A stretch of 45,761 nt of DNA from Chloroflexota bacterium (GTDB taxonomy: Bacteria > Chloroflexota > Limnocylindria > P2-11E). How positions within the stretch are numbered: the first letter of the stretch is position 1; every line of letters begins with the position of its first letter. The notes under the pieces were generated by a model. That model made no database searches and had not been told where the DNA came from. It worked only from the letters and a program-made list of their open reading frames with translations. Shown one piece after another: positions 8,011 through 17,253 of the stretch. Made by a program: the position numbers and the translations under genes. Where the stretch lies: NCBI GenBank assembly GCA_034666765.1, contig JAXDLF010000085.1:1-45761 (forward strand), in the 5' to 3' direction.

Positions 8011-8917
8011 GACGGTCGCTCGCGGAGAGCGTCTCGAGGGCGATGCCGCGCATCGCCTGACCGAGGCCCCGAGACACTTCGGCGATGAGCTTCGGGTCCA
8101 TGAAGTGCGTGGTCGCCTCGACGATCGCCTTCGCCCGGCGGAGCTGGTCCTTCGGATCCTCGGACGCCTTGAAGATCCCGCTGCCGACGAAATTGCCTTC
8201 GGCACCGAGCTGCATCATCAGGGCCGCGTCGGCGGGCGTCGCGATGCCGCCGGCGCAGAACAGGACGACGGGCAGCCTCTTCGCTTTCGCGACGTCGCGC
8301 ACCAGATCGAGCGGCACGCGGTACTCGGCGGCCTTCTCGCGAAGCTGGGACTCGTCGAGCCCCGCGAGCGCCTCGATGCCGCCGGTGATCTCGCGGATGT
8401 GCCGTACCGCCTCGACGATGTTGCCCGTGCCGGCCTCACCCTTGCTGCGGATCATCGCCGCGCCTTCGCTGATGCGGCGCAGGGCCTCGCCGAGATCGCG
8501 CGCGCCGCACACGAACGGCACGTCGAACTTCTTCTTGTCGATGTGGAACTTCTCGTCGGCGGGGGTCAGGACCTCGCTCTCGTCGACATAGTCGACGCCG
8601 ATGGCCTGAAGCACCTGCGCTTCGACGAAGTGGCCGATGCGGGCCTTCGCCATTACCGGAATGGTGACCGTGTCCATGATCTCGGTGATGAGCTGGGGGT
8701 CGCTCATCCGCGCGACGCCGCCCTCCTTGCGGATGTCGGAGGGGACTCGCTCGAGGGCCATGACCGCGACCGCGCCGGACTCCTCGGCGATCTTGGCGTG
8801 CTCGACCGTGACCACGTCCATGATCACGCCGCCCTTGAGCATCTGGGCCAGGCCGGACTTGACCGTCCACGTCGCCCTGGAGGTGTCTGCCTTGTGTCCA
8901 TTGCCGTTCTGTGCCAT
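7991..8917 (-). CDS. pdxS: Pyridoxal 5'-phosphate synthase, lyase subunit PdxS
   Basis: [49 protein letters not shown]...[12 protein letters not shown] is highly conserved PdxS/SNZ sequence. Confidence 0.97.
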   Translation of the reverse strand: MAQNGNGHKADTSRATWTVKSGLAQMLKGGVIMDVVTVEHAKIAEESGAVAVMALERVPSDIRKEGGVARMSDPQLITEIMDTVTIPVMAKARIGHFVEAQVLQAIGVDYVDESEVLTPADEKFHIDKKKFDVPFVCGARDLGEALRRISEGAAMIRSKGEAGTGNIVEAVRHIREITGGIEALAGLDESQLREKAAEYRVPLDLVRDVAKAKRLPVVLFCAGGIATPADAALMMQLGAEGNFVGSGIFKASEDPKDQLRRAKAIVEATTHFMDPKLIAEVSRGLGQAMRGIALETLSASDRLAVRGW

Positions 8918-8957
8918 CGGAAGCCCAATCGTACCGCTCCACCCCTAAAATCGGAAC

Positions 8958-9491
8958 ATGGGCGTGGTAGACGCGAACGTCCTCGTGCTCAACCTGGACT
9001 ACCAGCCGTTGAACGTGTGCAACGTGCGCCGCGCGGTGGTTCTCCTGGACAAGCAGAAGGCGGTCGTCATCGAGCAGAACGGGCACATCGTCACGAGCGA
9101 GCGAAGATCGATCGTCACGCCGTCGGTGATCAGGCTCGCCTACCACATCAAGCGACCGCGCCCGGTCCTGAAGATGACCCGCAAGGAAGTCCTCGTCCGA
9201 GACGAGCACACCTGCCAGTACTGCGGCAAGCGCGGCCACGACCTCACCCTCGACCATGTGATCCCGCGGCACCGCGGCGGCCAGCACACCTGGGAGAACG
9301 TCGTCGCGGCGTGCAAGGGGTGCAACCACAAGAAGGGTGGCCGGACGCTGCAGGAGTCGCACATGGCGCTCGCACGCCAGCCCTTCCGGCCCCCGTCCAC
9401 CCCCAGCTACCTCTTCTCCAGCTACATTCGCGCCGGAGAGCGCACGTGGTTCAAGTTCCTCGGCGTCGAAGACTCCGCGGCCGCCTCCTAA
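8958..9491 (+). CDS. HNH endonuclease family protein (solitary)
   Basis: CQYCGKRGHDLTLDHVIPRHRGGQHTWENVVAACKGCNHKKG is an HNH/zinc-ribbon motif. The N-terminal VLVLNLDYQPLNV domain is typical of this conserved small HNH family. Confidence 0.85.
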   Translation: MGVVDANVLVLNLDYQPLNVCNVRRAVVLLDKQKAVVIEQNGHIVTSERRSIVTPSVIRLAYHIKRPRPVLKMTRKEVLVRDEHTCQYCGKRGHDLTLDHVIPRHRGGQHTWENVVAACKGCNHKKGGRTLQESHMALARQPFRPPSTPSYLFSSYIRAGERTWFKFLGVEDSAAAS

Positions 9492-9531
9492 GCGGCGGAC
9501 TGGCACCGCACGTGCGTTCGGTCTTCCCCGC

Positions 9532-10719
9532 ATGAGGCTGCTGTTCACGAAGCGGGGCTACTCGCCGATCGGCGGATCCGAGAGCCTCGCGTACCAATTC
9601 GCGACGCGCCTCGCCGCGCGCGGGCACGACGTTCGCGTCGTATGCGCGTGGCCCACGGAGAAGGAAGAGTCGGCATACCGCGGCGCCGCGTTCGGCCCGA
9701 CGGTGTTCGACGACCATCGCGTATTCGTCGATCAGGGTGTCGAGGTCGTGCAGGTGAAGCCGCGGGGCGGCCTCCTCGGGATGGCCGCCGACGCGACGAC
9801 GCTCGTCGACCTCATGCGCGGCGAGCTGCTCGAGCGGTACGCCGAGGATCGCGACCTCATCCATAACGTGGGCCGCGAGTACCTCGACTCGAGCATCGAC
9901 GTCGCCGAGGAGCTGGGCATCCCACTGGCCCTCACTCCGCTCGCGCATCCTGGACAGTTCCACGGCGGCGACACCGCGGCGGACTTCACGCGGTACCGCC
10001 GAGCCAACGTCATCACGACGATGACCGACTGGGAACGCGAGTGGCACGCGGCCCACGGGATGGAAGCCGGGCGCATCGTCACGACCGGGATGGGACCGAA
10101 CGCGACGTCGAGCGGCGACGCGTCCGGCTTCCGCGCGCGGCACGGGATCCCGCACGACGCGCCGATCGTCCTCTACGTCGGGCGGAAGGAGCGCTACAAG
10201 GGCTACATCCAGCTCCTCGACGCGACCGAGGCCGTCTGGCGGACCCACCCCGACACGCGATTCGTGTTCATCGGCCTTCCGGGCTTCTATTCGACGTTCT
10301 TCGACGACTTCCAGCGCTACGCCGACGAACGCGTGCTGCACCTCGAGAACGCGTCGGCCGCCGACAAGGACGCGGCGCTCGAGGCGTGCACGCTGTTCGC
10401 GATGCCGTCCCGCCACGAGACGTTCGGTCTGGGATATCTCGAGGCCTGGCTGCACGGGAAGCCGGTCATCGGCGGCGACATTCCGGCGCTCCGCGACGTC
10501 ATCGACGATGGCAGCGATGGCATGGTCGTCCGTCAGCGGGCCGACGAGGTCGCGCGCGCGATCCTGCGGCTGCTCGACGATCCCGCGTTGGCCCACGACA
10601 TGGGCGCGCGCGGCCGCACGAAGGTCGAGACGCGCTGGAGCTGGGACGCGGTGATGGATCGCGTCGAGGCGGCGCACGCGATCGCGATGGGCGTCGAGCG
10701 AGAGACCACCGCCGCCTAG
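9532..10719 (+). CDS. Glycosyltransferase family 4 (GT-B), copy 1
   Basis: The start was trimmed to MRLLFTKRGYSPIGGSESLAYQFATRLAARGHDV. The C-terminal half carries YVGRKERYKGY...AMPSRHETFGLGYLEAWLHGKPVIG (EX7E-type GT4 motif). Confidence 0.85.
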   Translation: MRLLFTKRGYSPIGGSESLAYQFATRLAARGHDVRVVCAWPTEKEESAYRGAAFGPTVFDDHRVFVDQGVEVVQVKPRGGLLGMAADATTLVDLMRGELLERYAEDRDLIHNVGREYLDSSIDVAEELGIPLALTPLAHPGQFHGGDTAADFTRYRRANVITTMTDWEREWHAAHGMEAGRIVTTGMGPNATSSGDASGFRARHGIPHDAPIVLYVGRKERYKGYIQLLDATEAVWRTHPDTRFVFIGLPGFYSTFFDDFQRYADERVLHLENASAADKDAALEACTLFAMPSRHETFGLGYLEAWLHGKPVIGGDIPALRDVIDDGSDGMVVRQRADEVARAILRLLDDPALAHDMGARGRTKVETRWSWDAVMDRVEAAHAIAMGVERETTAA

Positions 10720-10728
10720 GCTCAGCCC

Positions 10729-11835
10729 GTGCGCGTGGTCATCGCGAAGAAGCTGCTCTCTACGGTCGGTGGATCCGAAGCGCAGGCCCGCGCGCTCGCG
10801 GCGGCCCTCCGCGATCGCGGACACGAGGTGACGCTCGTCGGCCTCCGCCCCGCGGTGCGCCGGCCGGGCATCCCGGACCGCGTCTACGCCGCACCACCCG
10901 GTGACGTCGTCATCGACGAGTCCGGCCTCACCTATCGGTTCATCGCGAGCCCGGCCGCGCGGCTGGAAGGGCTCCTTCCCCTCTCGCTCGTCCCGGCGGC
11001 GCGCCTGCGGATGGCGATCGTGGGCGCCGATGTCGTGCACTGCCTCGCGCGAGAGTGGGCCGCGCCGTACGAGCGCGCGGCGCGCGCCGCCGGCGCGGCC
11101 TTCGTGGAGACGCCGCTCGTGCATCCGGGCCAGCCGTTCTCCGGCGACGGAGCCGCCGACCTCGCGCGCTACGGGCGCGACGACGCGGTGATCGGCCTCA
11201 CCGACTGGGAGGCCGAGTGGTATCGGGCACGCGGCGTCGCACGGACGTTCGTGACAGGTGTCGGTCCGATCATGACCGCGCCCGTCCCCGACCGGCCGGC
11301 CGATCCGGCGACGATCCTGTTCGTCGGCCGAAAGGAGCGGTACAAGGGGTACGACGCGCTCCGTGGTGCCGCGCGGCTCGTGTGGCGCGAGCGGCCGGAC
11401 GCGCGCTTCATGGTGATCGGGCAGCGGCGCTTCCTCGGACCGGCCCCGCTGAGCGACGCGCGGTGGGCGGAGCCCGGGATCGTCGACGAGCGGCGGAAGG
11501 CCGAGGCCTACGCCCGCGCGACGATCTTCGCCATGCCGTCGGATCACGAGACGTTCGGCCATACCTATCTCGAGGCGTGGTGCGCGGGTCGCCCGGTGAT
11601 CGCGGGGGACATCCCGCCGTTGCGGGAGGTCGTGCGCGATGGGATCGATGGGCTGCACGCCGCCAACGAGCCGCGCGCGGTCGCGGACGCGATCCTCGCG
11701 CTCCTCGCGGACCCGGCCCGCGCCGCGGCGATGGGCGCGTCGGGTCGCCGACGGGTGGAGGAGCGATTCACCTGGTCGCACGTCGCGCAACGGACCGAGC
11801 TCGCCTACGAAGCCGCGCGGCTAGCATGGCTGTGA
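10729..11835 (+). CDS. Glycosyltransferase family 4 (GT-B), copy 2 (paralog of the preceding gene)
   Basis: It has the same architecture and shared strings: FVGRKERYKGY, AMPSDHETFGHTYLEAWCAGRPVIAGDIPPLREV. It starts with GTG 10 nt after copy 1. Confidence 0.85.
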   Translation: MRVVIAKKLLSTVGGSEAQARALAAALRDRGHEVTLVGLRPAVRRPGIPDRVYAAPPGDVVIDESGLTYRFIASPAARLEGLLPLSLVPAARLRMAIVGADVVHCLAREWAAPYERAARAAGAAFVETPLVHPGQPFSGDGAADLARYGRDDAVIGLTDWEAEWYRARGVARTFVTGVGPIMTAPVPDRPADPATILFVGRKERYKGYDALRGAARLVWRERPDARFMVIGQRRFLGPAPLSDARWAEPGIVDERRKAEAYARATIFAMPSDHETFGHTYLEAWCAGRPVIAGDIPPLREVVRDGIDGLHAANEPRAVADAILALLADPARAAAMGASGRRRVEERFTWSHVAQRTELAYEAARLAWL

Positions 11836-12842
11836 TGCGGGGAGTCATCGGCCAGGGCGCGATGCTCGAGCGGCTCGGTGCGCGCGCGTCGCGCGGCGAC
11901 GTCGCGCACGCCTATGGCATCTTCGGGCCGTCGTCCATCGGGAAGCGCACGATCGCCCTTCGGCTGGCCCAGACCCTCAACTGCCTCGATCCGCAGCGCC
12001 CGGCCGGCGGCTGCGGGACGTGCCTGTCCTGTCTCAAGATCGAGCGCTACACCCACCCGGATGTCGTGCTGCTCGAGCGGGATGCCGCCAACAATATGAT
12101 CGACATCGACCGGATCCGGGAGATGCAGCAGGACCTCGCGCTGCGGCCGCTCGAGGGCCGCCACCGGCTGGTGATCATCGACGACGCGGCCGAGCTCAGC
12201 GAGCCGGCCCAGATCGCGCTGCTGAAGACGCTCGAGGAGCCCCCTAAGCACGCGGTCCTGGCCATGATCACGCTGTCGCCGGAATCGCTGTTCGACACGA
12301 TCCGCTCGCGCCTCCAACCCCTGGTGCTCAGGTCCGTCGCCGTCGCCGAGATCGCCGCGGCCCTCCGGTCCCGGAACGTCAAGGACGCCGATGCGATCGC
12401 CGCGGCCGCGGGAGGCCGTCCCGGCATCGCGCTCCGTCTCGCCGGCGACGAGGGCGAGCGAGCCGCGCGCCGGGCGTACGAGAAGGAGCTCTTCGAGCTC
12501 GTGGGCAGCGGCCTCACGGCCCGCTTCGCGTGGGCCCTCGACCTGGCGGACGAGGCCGATCCGCGCAAGCGGTCGGCGGCCATCGACGTGCGATTCGATC
12601 ATTGGGCCGAGCTGATCCGCGATGCGGCGGTCCGCGCGCGTGGCCTCGAGGGCGCGCCGCTCCGACCCGACCGGGCGGGCCAGACCGCGAAGATCGCCGC
12701 CGGGGCGGACGCGCGCGAGCTCGTCGACACCGCCCTGCTCATCCAGCGGCTGCGCCGTGACCTCTTCTGGAACGCGAACGCCCGCGCGATGCTCGAGCTG
12801 TTCGCGCTGAAGCTGCCGTACGTGGGCGGGCTCGCGGCATGA
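11826..12842 (+). CDS. holB: DNA polymerase III delta' subunit
   Basis: The start was trimmed to MAVMRGVIGQ...HAYGIFGPSSIGKRTIALRLAQTLNCL...GGCGTCLSCLKIERYTHPDVVLLE...LVIIDDAAELSEPAQIALLKTLEEPP. This covers the Walker A-like segment, the Zn module and SRC-region motifs. Alternative starts are at 11832 and 11835. Confidence 0.85.
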   Translation: MAVMRGVIGQGAMLERLGARASRGDVAHAYGIFGPSSIGKRTIALRLAQTLNCLDPQRPAGGCGTCLSCLKIERYTHPDVVLLERDAANNMIDIDRIREMQQDLALRPLEGRHRLVIIDDAAELSEPAQIALLKTLEEPPKHAVLAMITLSPESLFDTIRSRLQPLVLRSVAVAEIAAALRSRNVKDADAIAAAAGGRPGIALRLAGDEGERAARRAYEKELFELVGSGLTARFAWALDLADEADPRKRSAAIDVRFDHWAELIRDAAVRARGLEGAPLRPDRAGQTAKIAAGADARELVDTALLIQRLRRDLFWNANARAMLELFALKLPYVGGLAA

Positions 12843-13834
12843 CGCGGACCGTCGTCGGCGCCCGCTTCCAGACCGCCGGCCGGATGTACTTCTTCGAGCC
12901 CGGTCCGGTCGACGAGCTGTCGATCAACGAGTGGGTCATCGTGCAGACGGAGCTCGGGCAGGACGCGGCACGCGTGCAGATCCTCCCTACGGACTCGCCG
13001 CTGGTGCAGGTCGACCCGCCCCTCGGCACGGTCGTCCGCAAGGCGACCGCGAGCGACAAGTTCGAGCTGGCGAAGCACAAACGGCGCGAGGCGGAATCGA
13101 CCCAGGCCGCGGCGGAGATCGCGCGGCGGCTCGGACTCCCGGTGCACGTGCTCGGGACCGACTGGCAGTTCGATGGCGGCAACGTCGTCGTCTTCTATTC
13201 GACCGAAGCCACCGGTCTCGACCTGGCGCCGTTCAGCGCCGAGCTTGCCGCGCAGTTCGGGACGCGAGTCGAGCTCCGCCGCCTGGGTGCGCGTGACGAG
13301 ACGAAGGTGCTCACCGGGGTCGGCACCTGCGGGCGCGAGCTCTGCTGCTCGTCGTGGCTCGACAAGTTCTCCAACATCTCGATCCGCATGGCGAAGGAGC
13401 AGGATCTCCCGCTCAACCAGAGCAAGCTGACGGGCGTCTGCGGCCGGCTCAAATGCTGCCTGATCTACGAGCTCGAGACGTACCAAGAGGTGAAGGGCAA
13501 GCTCCCGAAGCTCGGCGAGACGTTCCACATCCCCTCGTGCGTGAGCGGGCAGTGCGGCACCGGCGGGTGCGCGCAGACGCAGGGCGTGTCGATGACCAAG
13601 GAAGAGATCGTCGTCGGCATGTACGACGGCACCCGCAAGACCTTGACGGCCGAGGACCTCGGCGTCACGTTCGATCCGGTCCCGGCGCACACCAGGGGCG
13701 TCGGCTCGTACGGCTCGGACGAGATCCCGCGCCAGGAGCGGCCCACGCCGGTGCCCGCGCCCGGTGAGCAGCCGCGCCGGCGCCGCCGTCGCGGTGGCCG
13801 CCGCCGCGGCGGGCGTCCCGGAGGACCGAGCTAG
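12839..13834 (+). CDS. ricT: PSP1 domain protein RicT/YaaT
   Basis: VGARFQTAGRMYFFEP...GRELCCSSWLDKFSNISIRMAKEQDLPLNQSKLTGVCGRLKCCLIYE is the PSP1 cysteine-rich core. It has an ATGA overlap with holB, as in the Bacillus holB-yaaT pair. The C-terminal tail is Arg/Gly-rich. Confidence 0.9.
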   Translation: MTRTVVGARFQTAGRMYFFEPGPVDELSINEWVIVQTELGQDAARVQILPTDSPLVQVDPPLGTVVRKATASDKFELAKHKRREAESTQAAAEIARRLGLPVHVLGTDWQFDGGNVVVFYSTEATGLDLAPFSAELAAQFGTRVELRRLGARDETKVLTGVGTCGRELCCSSWLDKFSNISIRMAKEQDLPLNQSKLTGVCGRLKCCLIYELETYQEVKGKLPKLGETFHIPSCVSGQCGTGGCAQTQGVSMTKEEIVVGMYDGTRKTLTAEDLGVTFDPVPAHTRGVGSYGSDEIPRQERPTPVPAPGEQPRRRRRRGGRRRGGRPGGPS

Positions 13835-14808
13835 CGGACCCGGCGCACCACGAAGTCGGCGATATCGCGCAGCGCGTCGCGCTCGCGCCGGTCCGGCAGC
13901 AGCGCGAGCGCATCGACGGCGGCATCGTGGAACGCGAGCGCCTTCGCCCGGGCTCGCTCGACGCCGCCTGAGTCGCGGATGATCCGCAGTAGCTCCCGAA
14001 GCTCGGCCGGATCCTTGCCGGGCGCGACGATGCGCGGGCCGAGCGACGAATCGTCGGTCTCCTCGACGGCGTAGATCATCGGTAGCGTCGGCATCCCCTC
14101 CGCGAGGTCACGGCCCACGGTCTTGCCGAAGTCGGCCTCGTCACCGGCGACGTCGAGCACGTCGTCGGTGATCTGGAACGCCAGGCCCAGGTTCGTGCCG
14201 TACCCGCCGAGTGCGGCGACGTGCTCGGGCTCCGCGTCGGCCAGCAGCGCGGCCCCCTGGCAGCAGGCGGCGTACAGGCTCGCGGTCTTGAGCTCGATCC
14301 GCTCGAAGTACGCGACCTCGGTCGGGAAGGCGCGCGCCGCGGTCACTTCGTTCAGCTCGCCGTCGCACAGCGCGAAGACCGTCTGCGCGACGAGCGCGAT
14401 GACCTCGGGTTTGGGCAGCACGGCGGCGAGGGCGTACGCCTTCGCAAAGAGGTAGTCCCCGACGATGAGCGCGACGTCGTCATCCCATGTCGCGTTGACC
14501 GTCGCGACGTTCCGCCGTAGCTCGGCCTGATCGACGATGTCGTCGTGAACGAGTGACGCGGTATGGACGAGCTCGAGCGACTGCGCGAGGTTGAGAACGA
14601 CCTCCGCGTCGCGCGAGGGCCCGAACCGCGCCGCGAGGAAGACGAGGGTCGGGCGCAGCAGCTTCCCCGGCGAGCCGAAGAGGTGCTGGACGGCCGCCGC
14701 GAACGTCGGGTGCCCGCCGGCGCCGATCTCGAGCAGGCGCCGTTGGAGCTCCTGCAGCTCGGCGTCGACGGGCGCATAGAAGGACCGTTCCGCTCCCCTC
14801 GTGACCAC
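13831..14808 (-). CDS. Polyprenyl diphosphate synthase (trans-isoprenyl, medium/long chain)
   Basis: The first Asp-rich motif is LVHDDIVDQAELRR and the second is FQITDDVLDV. The ORF is 325 aa. Confidence 0.9.
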   Translation of the reverse strand: MVTRGAERSFYAPVDAELQELQRRLLEIGAGGHPTFAAAVQHLFGSPGKLLRPTLVFLAARFGPSRDAEVVLNLAQSLELVHTASLVHDDIVDQAELRRNVATVNATWDDDVALIVGDYLFAKAYALAAVLPKPEVIALVAQTVFALCDGELNEVTAARAFPTEVAYFERIELKTASLYAACCQGAALLADAEPEHVAALGGYGTNLGLAFQITDDVLDVAGDEADFGKTVGRDLAEGMPTLPMIYAVEETDDSSLGPRIVAPGKDPAELRELLRIIRDSGGVERARAKALAFHDAAVDALALLPDRRERDALRDIADFVVRRVR

Positions 14809-14834
14809 GCGCGAAGTCTAGGTTCGGGTCGGGG

Positions 14835-17222
14835 CTACGGCTTCTTCGTCGGCTTGGGCTGCGGCGTCGGCGCCGGCGGCCTGGTCTGCCCGGGCGGCGC
14901 CGTCCCGGAGCCGCTCGGGCTGGCCGATGGCGAGCCGCTCGGCCTGGTCGATCCGTAGCCGCAGAGGTTCCAGCTGAACCGTCCGTAGCCGAAGGCGCCG
15001 CCGTTCGCCGCGGTCGCCCACTTCGCGATGTCGGCGGTCCAGTCGGAGAACGGGACGGTGAGCTTGTAGCAGCCGCCCGGCAGGTACACGTCGCGGTCGT
15101 CGCTCGTCGGCTCGGTGCCCTGCACGTACTGCTCGGTCCAGCGGAAGCTCGACGGGCAGTTCGGGCCGGGCAGCTTGCCCGAGCCATTGCCACCGGTGAG
15201 CGACGGGTTCACGCAGACGACCTTGTCGACGATACCGGCCGGCCGCTTGAAGTCATCCGGCGGCAGCGCCCCGACGACCGTCTTCATGTAGTCGCGCCAC
15301 AGGATGCCCGGACCCAGGGCCGAGCTGATGCCGCTCATCTCGCTGTTGTCGGAGTTCCCCATCCAGATGGCCGTGAGGCGCGTCGGGGTGTAGCCGATCG
15401 CGAGCACGTCCTGCAGGTTGTCGGTCGTTCCCGTCTTGAGGGCCGCGGGCCGCCCGATCGACGTGAACGGACCGAACACGAACGATCCGTGCACCGGGTC
15501 GGTGTTGTCCTTGAGGATGTTCGTCATGACCCAGGCGTAGCGCTCGTCGATGACCTGCTTCGTCTCGGGCTTGGTGAAATCCTTCACGGTCTTCCCCGCG
15601 CTGTCGACGATCTTCATGATGAAGGTCGGCTCGATCCGGCGGCCGTAGTTCGCGATCACCTGGTAGCCACTCGCCATGTCGATGAGTCGCATCTCCGCCG
15701 CGCCGATCCCGAAGCTGATGCCGAGCCGGGCACGGTCGAACTCACGCTGGATGCCGAGCTGGTGGATCGTGTCGATGATCGCGTCGACACCGACCATCCG
15801 CGTCACGTTGAGGGCCGGCAGGTTCAGTGACTCGCGGAGCGACTGCCGGATGGTTACCGGGCCGTGCTGCTCCTTCGTCGCGTCCTTCGGCGAGTAGGTC
15901 GTGCCGCTGCCGTCGGGCATGTTGAACTGGATGTCGTTCAGCACGGTGGAGGCGGTCATCCCGCCCTTCAGCATCCCGGTCAGGTAGGTGAACAGCTTGA
16001 ACGTCGAGCCGGGCTGACGGAGCGCGATGCCGGCGGCGTCGTAGTCCCCCTGCACCTTCGCCGAGTGGTCGTAGTAGTCCTTGCTGCCGACGTACGCGAG
16101 GATCTCTCCCGTCGTCGGATCCATCGTGATGAGCGCGGCGTTGTTCACGTTGGCGAACTTCAGCCCGTCGACGTGGTCCTTGACCTCTTTCTCGGCGAGC
16201 TGCTGCATGTTGTAGTCGAGCGTCGTGTAGACGCGGTAGCCGCCCTGGTACGCGGCCTTCTCGCCCAGCAGGTTAATGAGCTGCTCGCGCGCGCGGAACG
16301 TGAAGTGCGGCGCGTAGAGCGAGGTCTGCGCCTGGGTGACCTTGATCGGCTCGACCTTCGCGGCGTCGGCCTGGACCTGGGTGATGTAGCCGTACTCGAC
16401 CATCGCATCGAGGACCAGGGTCCGCCGGGCGCCGGCCGCCGCGGGGTTCTGCACCGGGTCGTACTCCGACGGCGCCTGCGGGAGTCCGGCGAGGAGCGCC
16501 ATCTGCCCCAGGGTGAGCGTGTTGAGGTCCGCAACGCCGAAGTACGTCTTCGCGGCCGCCTTCAGCCCGTAGGCCTGGTTGCCGTAGAAGATCTGGGACA
16601 GGTACATCTCGAGGATCTGCTGTTTGCTGAACGTGCGCGTTGCCTCGATCGCGAGGATCGCCTCTTTGATCTTCCGCGTGATCGTCGGCTCGTCGCCCAG
16701 CAGCCGGGTCTTGATGAGCTGCTGGGTGATCGTCGATCCGCCCTGCGCGATGCCGCCCTGAGCCAGGTTGATCTGCAGGGCCCGGACGATGCCCGCGGGG
16801 TCGATCCCCGGGTTGGTCCAGAAGCTGTGGTCCTCGATGGCGATGGTCGCGTTCTGCATCATCGCGGGGACCTCGGCCAGCGTCACGAGCTCGCGGCGCT
16901 GGTCCTCGAGCGTGTACAGCAGATGCTCGCCGGTGCGGTCGTAGATGTACGTCGACAGCGGGACCGGCACGGTCGCCAGGTCATGCGCCGCGGGCAGGTC
17001 CGCGGCGAAATAGCCGAAGAACGCCGCGGCGGCCGTGCCGGTGAAGACGGCGAAGCTGATGAGGATCGCGGTGAGGATGCCCGCGGTCGCGCCGATCTTG
17101 CCGGCGGCCGACGGGCGCCGGGACAGCCGGCCCCGGCGGTGCGGCATCCGGTAGGCGCGATAGGCACGTCCGAACGTCGGCCCCTTCCCATTTCTGAGGG
17201 TCATCGCGCCCCGCCGATGCAC
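14835..17222 (-). CDS. Class A penicillin-binding protein (glycosyltransferase GT51 plus transpeptidase), PBP1A family
   Basis: GT51 motifs are IAIEDHSFWTNPGIDPAGIVRA, GGSTITQQL and RKIKEA. The transpeptidase motifs are STFK and KTGTT. It has an N-terminal TM anchor and a Cys-containing C-terminal extension with a Pro-rich tail. Confidence 0.93.
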   Translation of the reverse strand: MHRRGAMTLRNGKGPTFGRAYRAYRMPHRRGRLSRRPSAAGKIGATAGILTAILISFAVFTGTAAAAFFGYFAADLPAAHDLATVPVPLSTYIYDRTGEHLLYTLEDQRRELVTLAEVPAMMQNATIAIEDHSFWTNPGIDPAGIVRALQINLAQGGIAQGGSTITQQLIKTRLLGDEPTITRKIKEAILAIEATRTFSKQQILEMYLSQIFYGNQAYGLKAAAKTYFGVADLNTLTLGQMALLAGLPQAPSEYDPVQNPAAAGARRTLVLDAMVEYGYITQVQADAAKVEPIKVTQAQTSLYAPHFTFRAREQLINLLGEKAAYQGGYRVYTTLDYNMQQLAEKEVKDHVDGLKFANVNNAALITMDPTTGEILAYVGSKDYYDHSAKVQGDYDAAGIALRQPGSTFKLFTYLTGMLKGGMTASTVLNDIQFNMPDGSGTTYSPKDATKEQHGPVTIRQSLRESLNLPALNVTRMVGVDAIIDTIHQLGIQREFDRARLGISFGIGAAEMRLIDMASGYQVIANYGRRIEPTFIMKIVDSAGKTVKDFTKPETKQVIDERYAWVMTNILKDNTDPVHGSFVFGPFTSIGRPAALKTGTTDNLQDVLAIGYTPTRLTAIWMGNSDNSEMSGISSALGPGILWRDYMKTVVGALPPDDFKRPAGIVDKVVCVNPSLTGGNGSGKLPGPNCPSSFRWTEQYVQGTEPTSDDRDVYLPGGCYKLTVPFSDWTADIAKWATAANGGAFGYGRFSWNLCGYGSTRPSGSPSASPSGSGTAPPGQTRPPAPTPQPKPTKKP

Positions 17223-17253
17223 TTAGCGTGCCGAGGCTGGCCAAGGCGCGCGC

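Noticed and set aside
7411-8205. A 264-aa version of pdxT. Many other 5'-extended track ORFs are similar, for example those starting at 9337, 11055, 17464, 23110, 24755, 25768, 26196, 28502 and 42788, or ending at 23922, 34570, 36251, 36982 and 39856.
   Set aside because: The extensions are Arg/Pro-rich and overlap the preceding conserved gene. They also precede a start codon that coincides with the family N-terminus and/or an ATGA/GTGA coupling site, so the coordinates were trimmed.
9451-11790. A very long antisense ORF (779 aa) opposite the two GT4 genes. Similar long ORFs occur at 327-1949, 5501-6847, 8105-9535, 15864-17564, 18968-21385, 24656-25993, 25792-27084, 27081-28544, 28541-29713, 29661-30890, 32072-33808, 38705-41065 and 43863-45020.
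   Set aside because: All are Arg/Pro/Gly/Asp-rich low-complexity translations lying exactly opposite, or out of frame with, genes that have strong family motifs. They are classic shadow ORFs caused by stop-codon scarcity in high-GC DNA. None shows a recognisable domain.
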